From positions 32,001 through 96,000 of the forward strand of contig CBDDCK010000001.1 in assembly GCA_965225855.1 (NCBI GenBank): DNA of 64,000 bases. Reading direction: 5' to 3'. Below, one piece after another: positions 61,944 to 64,000 of the stretch (positions within the stretch are counted from its first letter, which is position 1; every line of letters begins with the position of its first letter). The stretch is from Spirochaetia bacterium (GTDB taxonomy: Bacteria; Spirochaetota; Spirochaetia; SP-2023). The notes beneath the pieces were generated by a model. It saw only the letters and a list, made by a program, of their open reading frames with translations. It did no database searches and was not told the DNA's origin. The position numbers and the translations under genes are program-made.

Positions 61944-62783
61944 TTATTTCCTTTTGAGTGCATTATATACGTTATCAATTGCCTGTTGTAATTCACAACG
62001 CATTGTCGGAGTATAGCTGTTTTGCCATTGAAGGTCGAGAAAAAGTTGCCAAGTGTCATGGCAGGTTTGGGTGCGCAATTGACAAAGTGCTTGGTAACCT
62101 GCGGTTGCAATTGGGCTTTGCTGTAAATCCAAAGCTTCCAATATCCGCCCTAATAAATGGGTCAAGCCTTGGGTGCGAGCAGCCTCACGATCATGCTCAT
62201 CGGGGCTTAAAACCACATTACGCAGCCCTAATGTCGCAAAACACTGCTGCCAAAATTGTAATTCTTGTTTTATCAAATTTTGCGGGCAAAGAACCAAAGG
62301 CAATCCCACAATAGAGTTACTTGCAGAATCTGGGCCAAACATGGGATGCAAACCAAGTATGCGGAAATTTGTTTGGTCTAAATCATCAATAGCCTGATTG
62401 AGCCAAGCCATAGGTTGCATTTTTACCGAACAAGTATCCATCAACCACAGGGGCCGATTTTTTGGCCGACTATGGTTATTGGCTATTGCAGCAAGACAGG
62501 GTCTTAGCTCAGCTAACGTTTTTTGCAAAGCAGAAATGGGCACGCAGAAAAATAACACATCACAGCCCTCTATTGCTTGGAATAAAGATTCTTGATCGGA
62601 TAACGGAATAAATGCGCTAGACTTATCAAATTCATCTTGTTTAAAGGCTGGAGCTGCTAATGGATTAGAATCATAACCTTGTACTCGGCCCAGTTGGCTC
62701 ATATAATTAGACCACAAACAGCCAAAACGCCCCAAGCCCAGAATTACGATTTCCAAGCTAAACTTGTTTTTTGGCTTATTCAT
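61944..62783 (-). CDS. tyrA: Prephenate/arogenate dehydrogenase
   Basis: GLGRFG, DTCSVK, HPMFGPDS, EHDREAARTQGLTH. Confidence 0.87.
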   Translation of the reverse strand: MNKPKNKFSLEIVILGLGRFGCLWSNYMSQLGRVQGYDSNPLAAPAFKQDEFDKSSAFIPLSDQESLFQAIEGCDVLFFCVPISALQKTLAELRPCLAAIANNHSRPKNRPLWLMDTCSVKMQPMAWLNQAIDDLDQTNFRILGLHPMFGPDSASNSIVGLPLVLCPQNLIKQELQFWQQCFATLGLRNVVLSPDEHDREAARTQGLTHLLGRILEALDLQQSPIATAGYQALCQLRTQTCHDTWQLFLDLQWQNSYTPTMRCELQQAIDNVYNALKRK

Positions 62784-63342
62784 TGCTCAAACGTTTATTC
62801 AATTTTTGGACTACAGCTTCCGTAATGTCAATACTTACATCTAGCCAAATAATATTTTTACTATTTTTATCCATAATAATGGAATAGCCTTGTTCCCTAG
62901 CTACTTGAGCTATAACGTCTGCGAGCATTTGTTGCATATGATTATTGTTATTATCTACTGAATAGCGGGCTTGTTCTTGTAAACTGGAGATAGCTTGGTT
63001 TTGGCTTTCAACATATTTACGCCCATATTCGCGCAGCTTTTTCATTTCATTTTGCAGCCGCCGAGCTTGGCCATTTTTATTTTCTTCTTGCGCTCTAGTA
63101 AATTCTTTCTGTAATTCCAAAAGCTGTTCTTTTAGCCGTTCCATTTCGCTCTTTGTTTCCGTTTTCAGTTGCTCAATACGCTGTTGTTCATTGCTTTGAT
63201 TGGGGAATTTTTTGAAGATAACTTGGTAGTCCAATACCGCCACGCGAGTAATTTCTTGTGCTTGCAATGTTGCTGTTGTTGATCGTAAATTTAAAAAAAA
63301 TGCAACCAAAGTAAGGCACAAAAGTAAAAAATAAAAACGCAT
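62776..63342 (-). CDS. ompH: OmpH/Skp periplasmic chaperone
   Basis: Signal peptide, RVAVLDY, coiled coil, VAREQGYSIIMD, IDITEAV; downstream of bamA. Confidence 0.85.
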   Translation of the reverse strand: MRFYFLLLCLTLVAFFLNLRSTTATLQAQEITRVAVLDYQVIFKKFPNQSNEQQRIEQLKTETKSEMERLKEQLLELQKEFTRAQEENKNGQARRLQNEMKKLREYGRKYVESQNQAISSLQEQARYSVDNNNNHMQQMLADVIAQVAREQGYSIIMDKNSKNIIWLDVSIDITEAVVQKLNKRLSNE

Positions 63343-63384
63343 ATGAACAAACTCCTATATTACAAAAATTAAAATTGCAAATAA

Positions 63385-64000
63385 CTAAAACTGAATGTTG
63401 AAAACAAAACTAAAAGCCCAGCCATTGGTCATAACGTTATTTTTCGGCTCTGGGTTACCGTTTATCTTACCGTTCTCAGTGCGGAAACTTTTTGTGATGT
63501 AAATAGCTAATGGCAATTGCGGAATTGTCAAACGTGGCCCAAAACCCAAGGTAAAGCGAAAATCATCTATGCTTGTGTGGCGGATTTTGTCAAGGCTGCG
63601 CCACACAAGCAGGGCATCAAAAAATAGATCAATCGTCAAAATACTCGGCAGCAATGGGTAGCGTAGTTCAGCAGTATTACGCCAAAGAGCAATTCCATAG
63701 TCATAAGACCAACTACCGCGGTTTAGCGTGGTATAACGCAGTAATTGACTACCATAAAATTGAGCATCGGGTTTTTCTGCGTTTGGCGATGGGTGTTCTA
63801 GCAAAATATGGAACGATGTTCCCAAGTAAAAAATCAAGCGAAAAACATAGTTATTGTTTTTCGCATATATCTCTATTAAGGACAAATATAAATCCATTGA
63901 GCTGCGACTTTTCAGATAATAGATATTTTCATGAGTAGGAATTAGCCCTGCGATGATAAAGCGCTGCGCCAAGGATATGCCCCGATTAGGTTCTGAAGGT
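63385..64000 (-). CDS. bamA: Outer-membrane assembly factor BamA, C-terminal part (partial)
   Basis: RGSW, ELRYPL, LFFDA, GFGPRLTIPQLPL, terminal FNIQF; upstream of ompH. Confidence 0.8.
   Translation of the reverse strand, partial: PSEPNRGISLAQRFIIAGLIPTHENIYYLKSRSSMDLYLSLIEIYAKNNNYVFRLIFYLGTSFHILLEHPSPNAEKPDAQFYGSQLLRYTTLNRGSWSYDYGIALWRNTAELRYPLLPSILTIDLFFDALLVWRSLDKIRHTSIDDFRFTLGFGPRLTIPQLPLAIYITKSFRTENGKINGNPEPKNNVMTNGWAFSFVFNIQF

Noticed and set aside
635..63938. Numerous 60-180-aa ORFs antisense to or nested in recognised genes
   Set aside because: Shadow ORFs without motifs or an RBS.

Overview
Bacterial chromosomal window, most likely a host-associated spirochaete. This is inferred from the rplU-prp-rpmA-obgE-nadD-yqeK-LCP-rsfS and bamA-ompH gene orders, a type-2 IleRS and spirochaete-style lipoboxes. 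Most of it is housekeeping and metabolism: pyruvate carboxylase, ileS, gltBD, lspA, an RNB nuclease, tldD/pmbA, grxC, rpsD, a multicopper oxidase, class I RNR alpha, amino-acid and sugar ABC transporters, rsmH, mtaB, tyrA, ompH and bamA. Many gene scraps and frameshifted genes lie between these (alr, DUF285, DUF262, SDR, PfkB, dicarboxylate symporter), suggesting genome erosion. Highlights: (1) nrdA stops before its redox-active C-terminal Cys tail, and that tail (..CVLSDPDCEACQ) is encoded by a separate, uncalled 43-aa ORF with its own RBS and an N-terminal LDWD motif resembling the beta-subunit tail, a candidate trans-acting RNR redox peptide; (2) two paralogous modular surface lipoproteins share a promoter with a C7 tract in the spacer (possible phase variation); (3) a 34 x 23-bp non-coding tandem array and a perfect 40-bp palindrome lie behind one paralogue, with a degenerate 23-bp-period array in front of it. 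No rRNA, tRNA, CRISPR or transposase was recognised. All calls come from reading the sequence; no searches were run.
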